Origin: Promethearchaeia archaeon
Lineage (GTDB): Archaea; Asgardarchaeota; Lokiarchaeia; Sigyniarchaeales; SOKP01
Length of the DNA: 64,000 bases
Reading direction: 5' to 3'
NCBI GenBank assembly: GCA_029856045.1
Contig: JAHQWG010000047.1
Coordinates: 64,001 to 128,000, forward strand
Within the stretch, counting starts at the first letter, position 1; every line of letters begins with the position of its first letter. Position numbers and translations under genes: made by a program. The notes under the pieces were generated by a model. It had not been told where the DNA came from. It saw only the letters and a list, made by a program, of their open reading frames with translations, and did not search any database. Positions 50,362-58,697 of this stretch are shown here, in pieces.

Positions 50362-51120
50362 GTGGAAATTTCTATGGAATCATTTGAGCAATTTTATGAC
50401 AGTCAAACATTAAAACCCAATTTTAAATATGCTCATTTAATTTTATCTCTATTTTTATTTAATGAATACCCAGGAGGGTTTGGTAGATACAGATTAGAAC
50501 AAGAACTATTAATCTCCTCGGGAATGGCAAAATCTATCTTTAATAAATTAAAAAAATTTGATATGATACAATCTAAATCTCAAAGGAAAGGGCATGAGCT
50601 AACCAAAAAAGGAAATGAGATCTTAAAGAAAATAAAGGAACAAATTGTTTGCATTAAGAAAGGAAGTAAAATTTTATCAAAAATGGCATTTGGTGAAAGT
50701 TTTTATATAGCTCAAATAAAGGATGTTTTCAATAAAATAACTGATGGAATGGCACAGAGAGACGCAACAATAAAAATTAAAGAAATAGTTGATGGTTTAA
50801 AAATTAAGATTGAAGATTATAATTTCACGATTAAAGTAAATAATATTGGAGCTACTTGTTTAATATATGAGAACAATCAAATTAAATTACCAGGATTCAA
50901 AGAGAAATCAAATTTCATCTATGATTTTTCTATCAATAAGGATATTCTAGATTATTTATATAAAGAATTAAACCTTCAGAATAAAGATACTATTGTTATT
51001 GGAGGAGCAAGCATAGAAATTAAAGAAAATAAGGGAAAAGAACAAAAAGAGATAATAGAAGAAAGAATTGCGAGATTAGTTGCAACAAATTCTGCATTAA
51101 GCTTTTTTAATATGGATTAA
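50362..51120 (+). CDS. wHTH + DUF4443 putative regulator
   Basis: GRYRL..L, GHELTKKG, QRDA..K..GAT motifs. Confidence 0.7.
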   Translation: MEISMESFEQFYDSQTLKPNFKYAHLILSLFLFNEYPGGFGRYRLEQELLISSGMAKSIFNKLKKFDMIQSKSQRKGHELTKKGNEILKKIKEQIVCIKKGSKILSKMAFGESFYIAQIKDVFNKITDGMAQRDATIKIKEIVDGLKIKIEDYNFTIKVNNIGATCLIYENNQIKLPGFKEKSNFIYDFSINKDILDYLYKELNLQNKDTIVIGGASIEIKENKGKEQKEIIEERIARLVATNSALSFFNMD

Positions 51121-51145
51121 ATCACACTAAGATTATATAGATAAA

Positions 51146-51625
51146 ATGAAATTCGAAAAAAATATTGAAATAATTATTCCAGAGAACATTTTTTTTCAAT
51201 TACAGGAATGTTCAAGGAACGCTTCACCAAATGAAGCATGTGGTTTGATTTTTGGAGATATTCAAGAGTTAAAAAATAAAGAGGGATATCAATACATCTA
51301 TTCTGCGAAAAAATTTGAGTGTATAAAATCATCAAAACCTTCTCCAGTTGCTTTTTTAATGGATAATTTGGAAAAATTTAAAGAGATTTTTGAAAGAGCA
51401 TCAAAAAAATTTAGTTTGAGATTAATTAGCATTTTTCATTCTCATCCAGGTTCTGCAATGCCAAGTGGAGTTGATTATAATTATATGAGAATGCTTTATG
51501 ATTGGGGAGATCTAAGATTTAAACATCAAATTTGGACAATTATTGATGGAAAAAAGAAAAAATTGAATGGATTCTTATTTTTAAAAGAAGGTATAATTCA
51601 AATAGATGTAAAGATTCAAAAATAA
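51146..51625 (+). CDS. JAMM/MPN+ metalloprotease (deubiquitinase/desampylase-like)
   Basis: EACG...FHSHP....PS..D. Confidence 0.92.
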   Translation: MKFEKNIEIIIPENIFFQLQECSRNASPNEACGLIFGDIQELKNKEGYQYIYSAKKFECIKSSKPSPVAFLMDNLEKFKEIFERASKKFSLRLISIFHSHPGSAMPSGVDYNYMRMLYDWGDLRFKHQIWTIIDGKKKKLNGFLFLKEGIIQIDVKIQK

Positions 51626-52276
51626 TTATTTTTTTTGCTTAAACCCGTCTTTTGTTATAGTCGCTAATTGCAATTTAAAGCCTGAACCTGCATCTCTTGC
51701 TCGGGATGAATTTATAGCTTTTTCTACCAATTTTAATCCCTCTGGGGCAGTCATATTTTCTTTCCATTCCATTTCCAAAACTCCTAGAGAGTAGGGAGAA
51801 CCAGAACCAAAACTAAGGAACTTTTCTTCTTCATATAAAGTTCCAAGAAGGTCGATACCATAAAGCATTCCTTTGCCTTCTTTCTCAGAATATCCTGCAA
51901 TTATCATTAAGGTAAGAAAATATGAACGACCCTGATAAAGTAGATTCCTAACGGTATTAGCAATATATTTCGGTTCAGGGATCATTTCTTCTTCTACAGT
52001 CTTAAGATTAGATAAAGCAATGGCTTGATTCACAACATATTGACAATCAGCTACACCACCGCTAATCGTGGCAGCACAGAAATCGTTTATTTTGAACAAT
52101 TTCTGGGCTTGTTTTGTTGCAACAAAATATCCCGCTGTTGCTTGAGATTCAGTACCTACAACCACGCCATTACCTATCTTGAGTGCAACCGTAGTTGTAC
52201 CTGTTTTGATAATATTATCTAACGTCTGTGAATCAAATTTATTATTTAAAATGTGTTCGTTCATAATTGCTTGCAC
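51626..52276 (-). CDS. psmB: Proteasome beta subunit
   Basis: Propeptide then KTG-TTTV, GSGS, RD..SG. Confidence 0.95.
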   Translation of the reverse strand: MQAIMNEHILNNKFDSQTLDNIIKTGTTTVALKIGNGVVVGTESQATAGYFVATKQAQKLFKINDFCAATISGGVADCQYVVNQAIALSNLKTVEEEMIPEPKYIANTVRNLLYQGRSYFLTLMIIAGYSEKEGKGMLYGIDLLGTLYEEEKFLSFGSGSPYSLGVLEMEWKENMTAPEGLKLVEKAINSSRARDAGSGFKLQLATITKDGFKQKK

Positions 52277-52381
52277 AATCTTTTATATAATTTAAGTAAT
52301 AATGAGTTCTTTAATATTTATTTTTTTTCTCTATATATCAAAAATGATAAAATTTTAAAGATTTTAAAAATTTAAAGAAAT

Positions 52382-52765
52382 ATGGCAAGGTCGCAAAAAA
52401 GAAGTAATAGAAAATATACTGGAAAAAAGTATAAACATTTTGGAAAAAAGAGAAAAAGGGAGATTGCAAGACCTCCAATCGAAACAACAATTGGAACTGA
52501 GAAAAAGAAAAAACAAAGAACTCTTGGTGGGAAATATAAATTAAAATTATTTTCAAGCTCCTTTTGCATTCTAACAGACCCTTTAAGTAAAAAAACTGAA
52601 AAGACGAAAATTCTCAGATTTGAAGAAAATCCCGCCTCAAAAGAGCTTTCTCGAAGACATATTATAACTAAAGGAGCAATAATTCATACTGAAAAGGGAT
52701 TAGCCAAAATAACAAGTCGCCCTGGTCAAGATGGCATGATCAATGCTGTTCTTATAAAAGAATAA
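52382..52765 (+). CDS. rps8e: 30S ribosomal protein S8e
   Basis: RKYTG, GG..K.KL, IITKGAII, TSRPGQDG. Confidence 0.97.
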   Translation: MARSQKRSNRKYTGKKYKHFGKKRKREIARPPIETTIGTEKKKKQRTLGGKYKLKLFSSSFCILTDPLSKKTEKTKILRFEENPASKELSRRHIITKGAIIHTEKGLAKITSRPGQDGMINAVLIKE

Positions 52766-53140
52766 TCAGTCTGTTTCTATTTTTATATTTTTCACAGTTG
52801 CAGATCGTCCCTTAATAATTTTAGTATCAGTAGAATCACAAAATTTACATTTAAACAATAACAATCCCGTTAATGAATCTGTTTCTTTAAAACTAATTGA
52901 AGATATTTTACCGCATTTATTACATTGAATTTCTGCAGGTGTGACTTGCATGTTTAGTTTGGCTCCCTCTGCAATAGTTCCTGTTGTCGCTATTTTAAAT
53001 GATTGTTTTAAAAGTTCAGGAACAATAAGTGTCAATTCTCCGATTTCTAAAAATACTTCTGTAATTCTAATAGCATTATATTTTAAAGCTGTGTTTAAGG
53101 CAGTTTGATAAATTTGGGATGCAAAAGCGAACTCGTGTAT
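52766..53140 (-). CDS. hypA: Hydrogenase nickel metallochaperone HypA (probable ATA start)
   Basis: The frame extends upstream of the ORF-track start to (ATA)HEFAFASQI..LEIGELT; two CxxC motifs; IIKGR. Confidence 0.9.
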   Translation of the reverse strand: MHEFAFASQIYQTALNTALKYNAIRITEVFLEIGELTLIVPELLKQSFKIATTGTIAEGAKLNMQVTPAEIQCNKCGKISSISFKETDSLTGLLLFKCKFCDSTDTKIIKGRSATVKNIKIETD

Positions 53141-53160
53141 TTTTTTCTCTCCCCGATCAA

Positions 53161-53451
53161 TTAACTTTTTATTTTCCTTATTTGTTTTGCGATTTCAAAT
53201 AACATTTTTCTTTTCTTTTTGCCTTTAGAATCAATGAGAATACGCCCGGGGTTGTCCCACCATGTCTTTGGATACTTTGGAGTATTTTCAATCCTATATT
53301 CATAGCCTAACGCATTCACAGCTTTTTCTATATCTTCCAAAGTTATCTTTTCAATAGCAAGATTTTTAGGTAACCTCCGACCTTGACTGATTGTTCGATT
53401 TTTATCAAAATACTGGGGCCAAAAAATAAGATACGGCGTTCTCTTTCTCAT
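53161..53451 (-). CDS. srp19: Signal recognition particle protein SRP19
   Basis: WPQYFD..GRRLPK.LA, YPKTWW..GR. Confidence 0.95.
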   Translation of the reverse strand: MRKRTPYLIFWPQYFDKNRTISQGRRLPKNLAIEKITLEDIEKAVNALGYEYRIENTPKYPKTWWDNPGRILIDSKGKKKRKMLFEIAKQIRKIKS

Positions 53452-53578
53452 TATTAAACTCTATTTTTTAAATTGATTAACACTTTAAATATTTTTTTTT
53501 GAAATTATTAACAATTTTATATTGTGTTTTACTAAGAGAAATTATAGTATAATATTTGTAAAGTTACCCATATTATAT

Positions 53579-53678
53579 GGGCGGGTGGTCTAGCTTGGTA
53601 ATTATTAATTTGATTAAAAAACAAAATGATTCTCGGCTGGGGGCCGAGAGGTCGGGGATTCGAATTCCCCCTCGCCCA
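53579..53678 (+). tRNA. tRNA-Pro (GGG) with about 25-nt intron in the D-loop
   Basis: Acceptor GGGCGGG/CTCGCCC, anticodon arm CTCGG-CTGGGGG-CCGAG, T arm GGGGA-TTCGAAT-TCCCC; AT-rich insert at about 53601-53626. Confidence 0.92.
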
Positions 53679-53761
53679 TTTTTTATTATTTTTTATTTAG
53701 AATTATCTTTTATCTTTATCCTTTAAATTATTAATTTATTATAAAATTTGGAATATATATT

Positions 53762-54610
53762 ATGAACTTATTTAATGAAATTGAAGAAAAATTTATAGAG
53801 ACTAATGGATTAAAACTTCATACAATTATTGCTGGTTCTGGAGAACCTCTCATATTGCTACATGGATTTCCAGATTTTTGGTATGGCTGGAAAAATGTGA
53901 TTTCAGGACTAAAGGATGAATTTAAATTAATCGTTCCTGATATGCGAGGGTATAATCTTTCAGAAAAACCAGAGGGAATTGAAAATTATACTTTAGACAT
54001 TTTAATAGAAGATATTAAAGGTTTAAGCGAGAAATTAGGCTTTAATGAATTTAATCTTGTAGGACATGATTGGGGAGGAATGGTATCGTGGGCCTTAGCC
54101 GAGAAATACCCTGAAATATTGAAAAAATTAATAGTATTGAATGCACCTCATCCAAAAATATTTAGAAAGTTAATTACAAAAGATAACGACCAAAAGAAAG
54201 CCAGTGGCTATATCGGCAGATTTTTAAAAGAAGGTGAAAATTTTCTCTTTGAAAATAATTTTCAAGCTTTACAATTATCTGTTTTTGGTACAGCAAAAAA
54301 CAAAAAAGCATTTAGTGAATTTGATAAAGAAAAATATATAGAAGCATGGTCCCAACCAGGTGCATTAACTGGAGGAGTAAATTATTACAGGGCAAATCGT
54401 CGTTATGAAGAATGGTCTGGAATAATTAATGTCCCGACTTTGGTTATCTTCGGTATGAAAGATATGTTTGTATTACCTAAAGTACTCGAAGGTTTAGAAG
54501 ATTTTATTAAAGATCTTAAAATTGTTAGAATTGAAAACGCTTCTCATTGGGTTATGCACGATGATCCTGAATTAGTTAATTCAAGTATACAATCATTCCT
54601 TAAAGGATAA
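53762..54610 (+). CDS. Alpha/beta hydrolase, epoxide-hydrolase-like
   Basis: HGFP, PDMRGYN, GHDWGG, NYYRA, SHW. Confidence 0.92.
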   Translation: MNLFNEIEEKFIETNGLKLHTIIAGSGEPLILLHGFPDFWYGWKNVISGLKDEFKLIVPDMRGYNLSEKPEGIENYTLDILIEDIKGLSEKLGFNEFNLVGHDWGGMVSWALAEKYPEILKKLIVLNAPHPKIFRKLITKDNDQKKASGYIGRFLKEGENFLFENNFQALQLSVFGTAKNKKAFSEFDKEKYIEAWSQPGALTGGVNYYRANRRYEEWSGIINVPTLVIFGMKDMFVLPKVLEGLEDFIKDLKIVRIENASHWVMHDDPELVNSSIQSFLKG

Positions 54611-54662
54611 TAAGATATAGATTAAATCATTCTATTTCCTATGGAACAATTCATTGAACAAT

Positions 54663-56156
54663 TTAATCAATTTGCTTTATATAAAATATGTGACCGCTCC
54701 ATGCAGAAAGATCGATATAAAGACCATTAGTATCAAGATCTTTGCCCTTATAGATAAATCTTTTTTGTGTTAGTAAATCAGTAAAACTCCAATTATAAGT
54801 ATCGTAATTTAATTCTTCAATTCTAACATGCCCTTGCGCAGGATTTGGACTATAATTTACAACTATAAGATGATGCTGTTCTCTGGACCTCCATTGATAA
54901 GAAATTAAATTAGTATATGTGTAATTTTCAGTATTTATCGGCTCAATCTTACAGAGAGCCCACTTACCTTTTGTTAATCCCTCTGCAGATACAATACTTA
55001 ATAGTTTTTGATAAAAATTTAGGAGATCTTGATTATCGTCTTCAACTGGACGCCTTCCTAATTGAACCGGTATTTTTACTTTATACCCCTTCATTTGTCC
55101 TTCATGGACTAATTTTGCACCAGGTAAAGGTAAACTGACAATTGCAGCGGCTTGAGAGCGTTCTTCACCAAATGCAGTTATTGCTCTTGACTCATCATGG
55201 TTTTCTATAAATCGTAAAAGCTTCCTTTGATAATCCCATTCTGCATGGAGATGGTCACGAATTGCTTCTGCACTATTATATAACATACGATCATATAGCC
55301 TTTTATCATAGCAAAAATGAAATCCTTGTTGCTGTAATTCCCATTCCATATTCCAATATACTTCTGCAATAAATAAAAAATCTGGAAATTTTTCCAAAAC
55401 CTCAGAGATTACTTCCCGCCAAAAGTCTTTCTCTGGTTGAATTCCTGCTCTTTCACCCCAAGTACGACTAAAAACATCATTAGTCATTAACATTGCCATA
55501 TCACAACGAACACCATCACATTGTTCAGCAATGTTGATTAAAATATTTACTGCTTTCTTTCGGGCTTCCGATGAAAATGCGTTTATTTGCACTGTATCTG
55601 TCCAAGGAGTAAAATAAGGATCTCTTCCATGAGCAAGAACCTTATTTCCCACAGTAAAAAATTCATTCGGGTATATATTCATATCTTTAATAGTTCCTTC
55701 AATGAAAATATTTGATTTTTCTAATGTCCAGTGATGATCAATTGCAACATGATTAGGTACATAATCTAATAATAATTGTATATTCCGTTCGGTTAATTGT
55801 TTACGGAAGTTTTTTAAACTATCTTCACCACCAAGATGAGGATCTACGTGATAGTCAAAGATGGAATAGGGCGAGCCTACAACATCTTCTGTCTTAAAAT
55901 CACTTAAAGCTTTATGATATTCCTGTTGTAACCCAGTGTGGTTAAGAGCAATTTCTCTACTTTGAGGACTGCGTTCCCAGACACCCATAAGCCAAATAAA
56001 ATCGAAAAATTTTAATTCCTGACTGAAAACCTCAGGAGGGATATTATTAAGCGTAATTTCGTGTTTATAAATATTTGATAAAGCTTGAAGCCAAGGCCAG
56101 GTGTTTATTTCATAAATTCTAGGTTGCTCCGGCCAATCCAAATTTTTTCTTCTCAT
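54663..56156 (-). CDS. GH13 alpha-amylase family protein
   Basis: DYVPNH, DGVRCD, AEVY, ENHD. Confidence 0.92.
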   Translation of the reverse strand: MRRKNLDWPEQPRIYEINTWPWLQALSNIYKHEITLNNIPPEVFSQELKFFDFIWLMGVWERSPQSREIALNHTGLQQEYHKALSDFKTEDVVGSPYSIFDYHVDPHLGGEDSLKNFRKQLTERNIQLLLDYVPNHVAIDHHWTLEKSNIFIEGTIKDMNIYPNEFFTVGNKVLAHGRDPYFTPWTDTVQINAFSSEARKKAVNILINIAEQCDGVRCDMAMLMTNDVFSRTWGERAGIQPEKDFWREVISEVLEKFPDFLFIAEVYWNMEWELQQQGFHFCYDKRLYDRMLYNSAEAIRDHLHAEWDYQRKLLRFIENHDESRAITAFGEERSQAAAIVSLPLPGAKLVHEGQMKGYKVKIPVQLGRRPVEDDNQDLLNFYQKLLSIVSAEGLTKGKWALCKIEPINTENYTYTNLISYQWRSREQHHLIVVNYSPNPAQGHVRIEELNYDTYNWSFTDLLTQKRFIYKGKDLDTNGLYIDLSAWSGHIFYIKQID

Positions 56157-56325
56157 ATTAAAATCATCTTTTAAATAAAAGTCAAATATCCTTTATAACA
56201 TATCTCTTAGTTATAAAAATTATTAATCTGTTTTTATTTTAAAGAAAATAAGACAAAAATTGTTTGCGAAAACCAATAAGAAATTATAATAAATTTTAAT
56301 TAAAATGATTTCTTTAATGAATTAT

Positions 56326-56365
56326 CCTATGATTAATGAAAATATTATTGTATATTTGAAGGAGG
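56326..56365 (+). promoter_or_regulatory. Predicted tandem kink-turn 5'-UTR element covering the rpl7ae Shine-Dalgarno
   Basis: CC-UAU-GA-UU-AAU-GA-AAAUAU-loop-AUAUUU-GA-AG-GA-GG. Confidence 0.65.
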
Positions 56366-56377
56366 TTTTTTAAAAAA

Positions 56378-56746
56378 ATGAGTTATGTAAAAATTGAAAT
56401 ACCTGACAAATTAAAAAAAAAAGTAATTGATACAATTTCAAATATTTCGAGGACTTCTGAAACAAAAATTAAAAAGGGAATGAATGAAGTTACTAAATCT
56501 ATTGAAAGAGGAATCGCCCGTCTGGTTATCATTGCCGAAGATGTAGATCCACCAGAAGTTGTTTTCCATTTACCCTTGCTCTGTGATGAGAAGAATATTC
56601 CATATGTTTTTGTTAACACAAAAAAGAATTTGGGAAAAGCGGTGGGTTTAAAAATTGATACATCCTCCCTTGCGATAATTATGCCTGGAGAAGATAATGA
56701 AGCGGCAATTAAAGACATTATCAGCCAAGTTAATAAATTAAAGTAG
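56378..56746 (+). CDS. rpl7ae: 50S ribosomal protein L7Ae
   Basis: KKGMNEVTKSIERG, AEDVDPPEVV.HLP.LC.EK.IPY. Confidence 0.97.
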   Translation: MSYVKIEIPDKLKKKVIDTISNISRTSETKIKKGMNEVTKSIERGIARLVIIAEDVDPPEVVFHLPLLCDEKNIPYVFVNTKKNLGKAVGLKIDTSSLAIIMPGEDNEAAIKDIISQVNKLK

Positions 56747-56766
56747 AAACATCAAGTTGAGATTTA

Positions 56767-57003
56767 TTGAGTAAAAGAGAAAAGGGTAAAGAAGGATATG
56801 TAGATTGGTCTTATCCAGCTCAGGTCATTCAGGTTGTTGGAAAGACTGGGATGACAGGGGAGATAATGCAAGTCAAGGTCAGGATCTTAGAAGGGCCAGA
56901 TAAAAACAGAATTTTAACTCGCAACGTTAAGGGGCCAGTTCGTTTAGATGATATTGTTGTATTAAGGGAAGTTGAACGAGAAGCAAGAAAAATTAGAAGA
57001 TAA
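56767..57003 (+). CDS. rps28e: 30S ribosomal protein S28e
   Basis: [24 protein letters not shown]. Confidence 0.97.
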   Translation: MSKREKGKEGYVDWSYPAQVIQVVGKTGMTGEIMQVKVRILEGPDKNRILTRNVKGPVRLDDIVVLREVEREARKIRR

Positions 57004-57131
57004 AAAGATTTATTATTTGATTTAATTTTTTTAGTATCTTTTTTTTTGTGAGATTTTATTTTAAATTTAACAACTGTTTAATTAAATCTTAATATAAACT
57101 TGAAAAAAATATAAAAATAAAAAAAAATATT

Positions 57132-57218
57132 ATTAATAGGGTGCTTCAGAATTATGAATTTTCAATTCTATCCCATTGAAGCGATAAATTATTAATTCTT
57201 AAGCGCTCCACTATTAAT
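57132..57218. other. Long imperfect hairpin (possible structured RNA) between convergent rps28e and hsp20
   Basis: Nested complementary blocks ATTAATAG/CTATTAAT, GTGCTT/AAGCGC, AGAATTA/TAATTCT, TTCAAT/ATTGAA. Confidence 0.55.
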
Positions 57219-57234
57219 TTTATTAAAACTTCTA

Positions 57235-57780
57235 TTAATTGTTTCCTTCAGTATTTATGTCGATATTTTTTGCTGGCTTTTTTCCAATTTTTATTTCTAA
57301 AAGACCATTAGCCATTTTTGATTTAACCAGGTTTTCATCTGCATCAACTTGTAAGGGAATATCGAGATCTATATCCTTTTTACTCATCCATGAGAAAAAA
57401 TCCATAAAAAATGGTGCTCCATATACTCCATAAGATTTTTTACTCTCATCACTTACACTTTCTTTCTCATCAGATTTTAATCTTTTTGCAGTGACATTTA
57501 AATTTCTCCCAACAATTGAAACTTTAACATCGTCTTTAGTTAGTCCTGGCAAAGGAACAGTGATTAAATATTCATTCTCGTGTTCTTGTATATCGTAAGG
57601 TACCCAACCTTCAAACATTTTCATACCGTGTTTCATACCTTTAAAAACCATTCCCTTTAATGCGGCGATATCATGTGGAGAAGATCGAAAATGGCTATGC
57701 AGAAATCTTGGATTAAAGCTTCCTTCATAACACATACTTTTTTTTAACCTCTTTTTTATTTTTTTATTTATTAAATTCAT
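57235..57780 (-). CDS. Small heat-shock protein (Hsp20/alpha-crystallin)
   Basis: DI.E...Y.I...LPG..K.DV.V, NGLLEI.I, C-terminal IDI motif. Confidence 0.9.
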   Translation of the reverse strand: MNLINKKIKKRLKKSMCYEGSFNPRFLHSHFRSSPHDIAALKGMVFKGMKHGMKMFEGWVPYDIQEHENEYLITVPLPGLTKDDVKVSIVGRNLNVTAKRLKSDEKESVSDESKKSYGVYGAPFFMDFFSWMSKKDIDLDIPLQVDADENLVKSKMANGLLEIKIGKKPAKNIDINTEGNN

Positions 57781-57797
57781 TTAATTTGCTTAAATTT

Positions 57798-58445
57798 CTA
57801 AAAATCTTCATCATCATCGATAATTGGAATAACTCTTGTATGTTTTTCTCGTTCATTCTTGAGTTTCTCGAGAATTGATTTATATTTCTCTAATCTATCA
57901 TCAAGCATGTTAATTCTTTCTGTAAAGTGCTTTTTTTTCTCTTCTAATTCCTGGACGATACTTTGAATTCGTTCTATATTATCTGAAGTATAATCAGATT
58001 CGTCAATTTTTTTAGTATGTCCTGGAAATTCTGGAAAAGCATAAGGAAAGCTACAAAACATTTGTTCAAAATGTTTTTTACTCGGTATAGCCTTTAGAAC
58101 AGTTTGAATATAATCACCAAGAGTATCTATATTTGGCTGGAGATTATTTTCTAACACTTCTTTTAATCCTTCAATACCCCTTTTAGTTAGTCTATAAATC
58201 TTTTTTAATCTATTATTTTCAGTTTTTTCCTCTATATCAACGAATTGCTTTTCTGCTAATCGATTTAAGAGTGGATAAATTGTACCAGTTGAAACTTTCC
58301 ATACATTTTTAAATTTTTTATTTATTTTCTGAATTATTTCATATCCAGAAATACCATCATTATTTTTAATCATAGATAAGACTAGAATTTCCAATCCTGA
58401 TGAATGACCCCCGTGATGTCCGCTGAATCTTTTGCCAAAAAACAT
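57798..58445 (-). CDS. PadR-family regulator with C-terminal coiled coil
   Basis: SGYEII, S.GTIYPLL.RL, KKIYRLT..G. Confidence 0.92.
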   Translation of the reverse strand: MFFGKRFSGHHGGHSSGLEILVLSMIKNNDGISGYEIIQKINKKFKNVWKVSTGTIYPLLNRLAEKQFVDIEEKTENNRLKKIYRLTKRGIEGLKEVLENNLQPNIDTLGDYIQTVLKAIPSKKHFEQMFCSFPYAFPEFPGHTKKIDESDYTSDNIERIQSIVQELEEKKKHFTERINMLDDRLEKYKSILEKLKNEREKHTRVIPIIDDDEDF

Positions 58446-58505
58446 TTTTTTTAATTCACCAATTTAAACAAATTATTAATCTATTCAAAATAAATTTTTT
58501 TTATA

Positions 58506-58573
58506 TATATCAATTTAGATATAGATAATTCATAGAAGGATAGATATTTAAATATATCGGAATTTGATATATT
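58506..58573. promoter_or_regulatory. Candidate PadR operator palindromes
   Basis: TATATC-N6-GATATA (58506-58523) and AATATATC-N7-GATATATT (58551-58573). Confidence 0.5.
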
Positions 58574-58697
58574 AGAAAATGATATATTGAAAATATGTAA
58601 TTTTTAAAAAAAATTAAAAAATAATTTATTGCCTAATAAAAAAATAATTTAAGCAATAAAACAGACATAATTAATAATAGAAAATGAGAGATTATTC

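Noticed and set aside
57150-57190. Lokiarchaeal/eukaryote-like SECIS (AUGA...GA)
   Set aside because: The upper stem is only about 7 bp, there is no apical AA, and I saw no neighbouring gene with an in-frame UGA at a Cys position.
4300-58560. TATCG/CGATA as a global intergenic motif
   Set aside because: It recurs in many spacers, but by rough estimate not clearly above chance; a formal enrichment test is needed.
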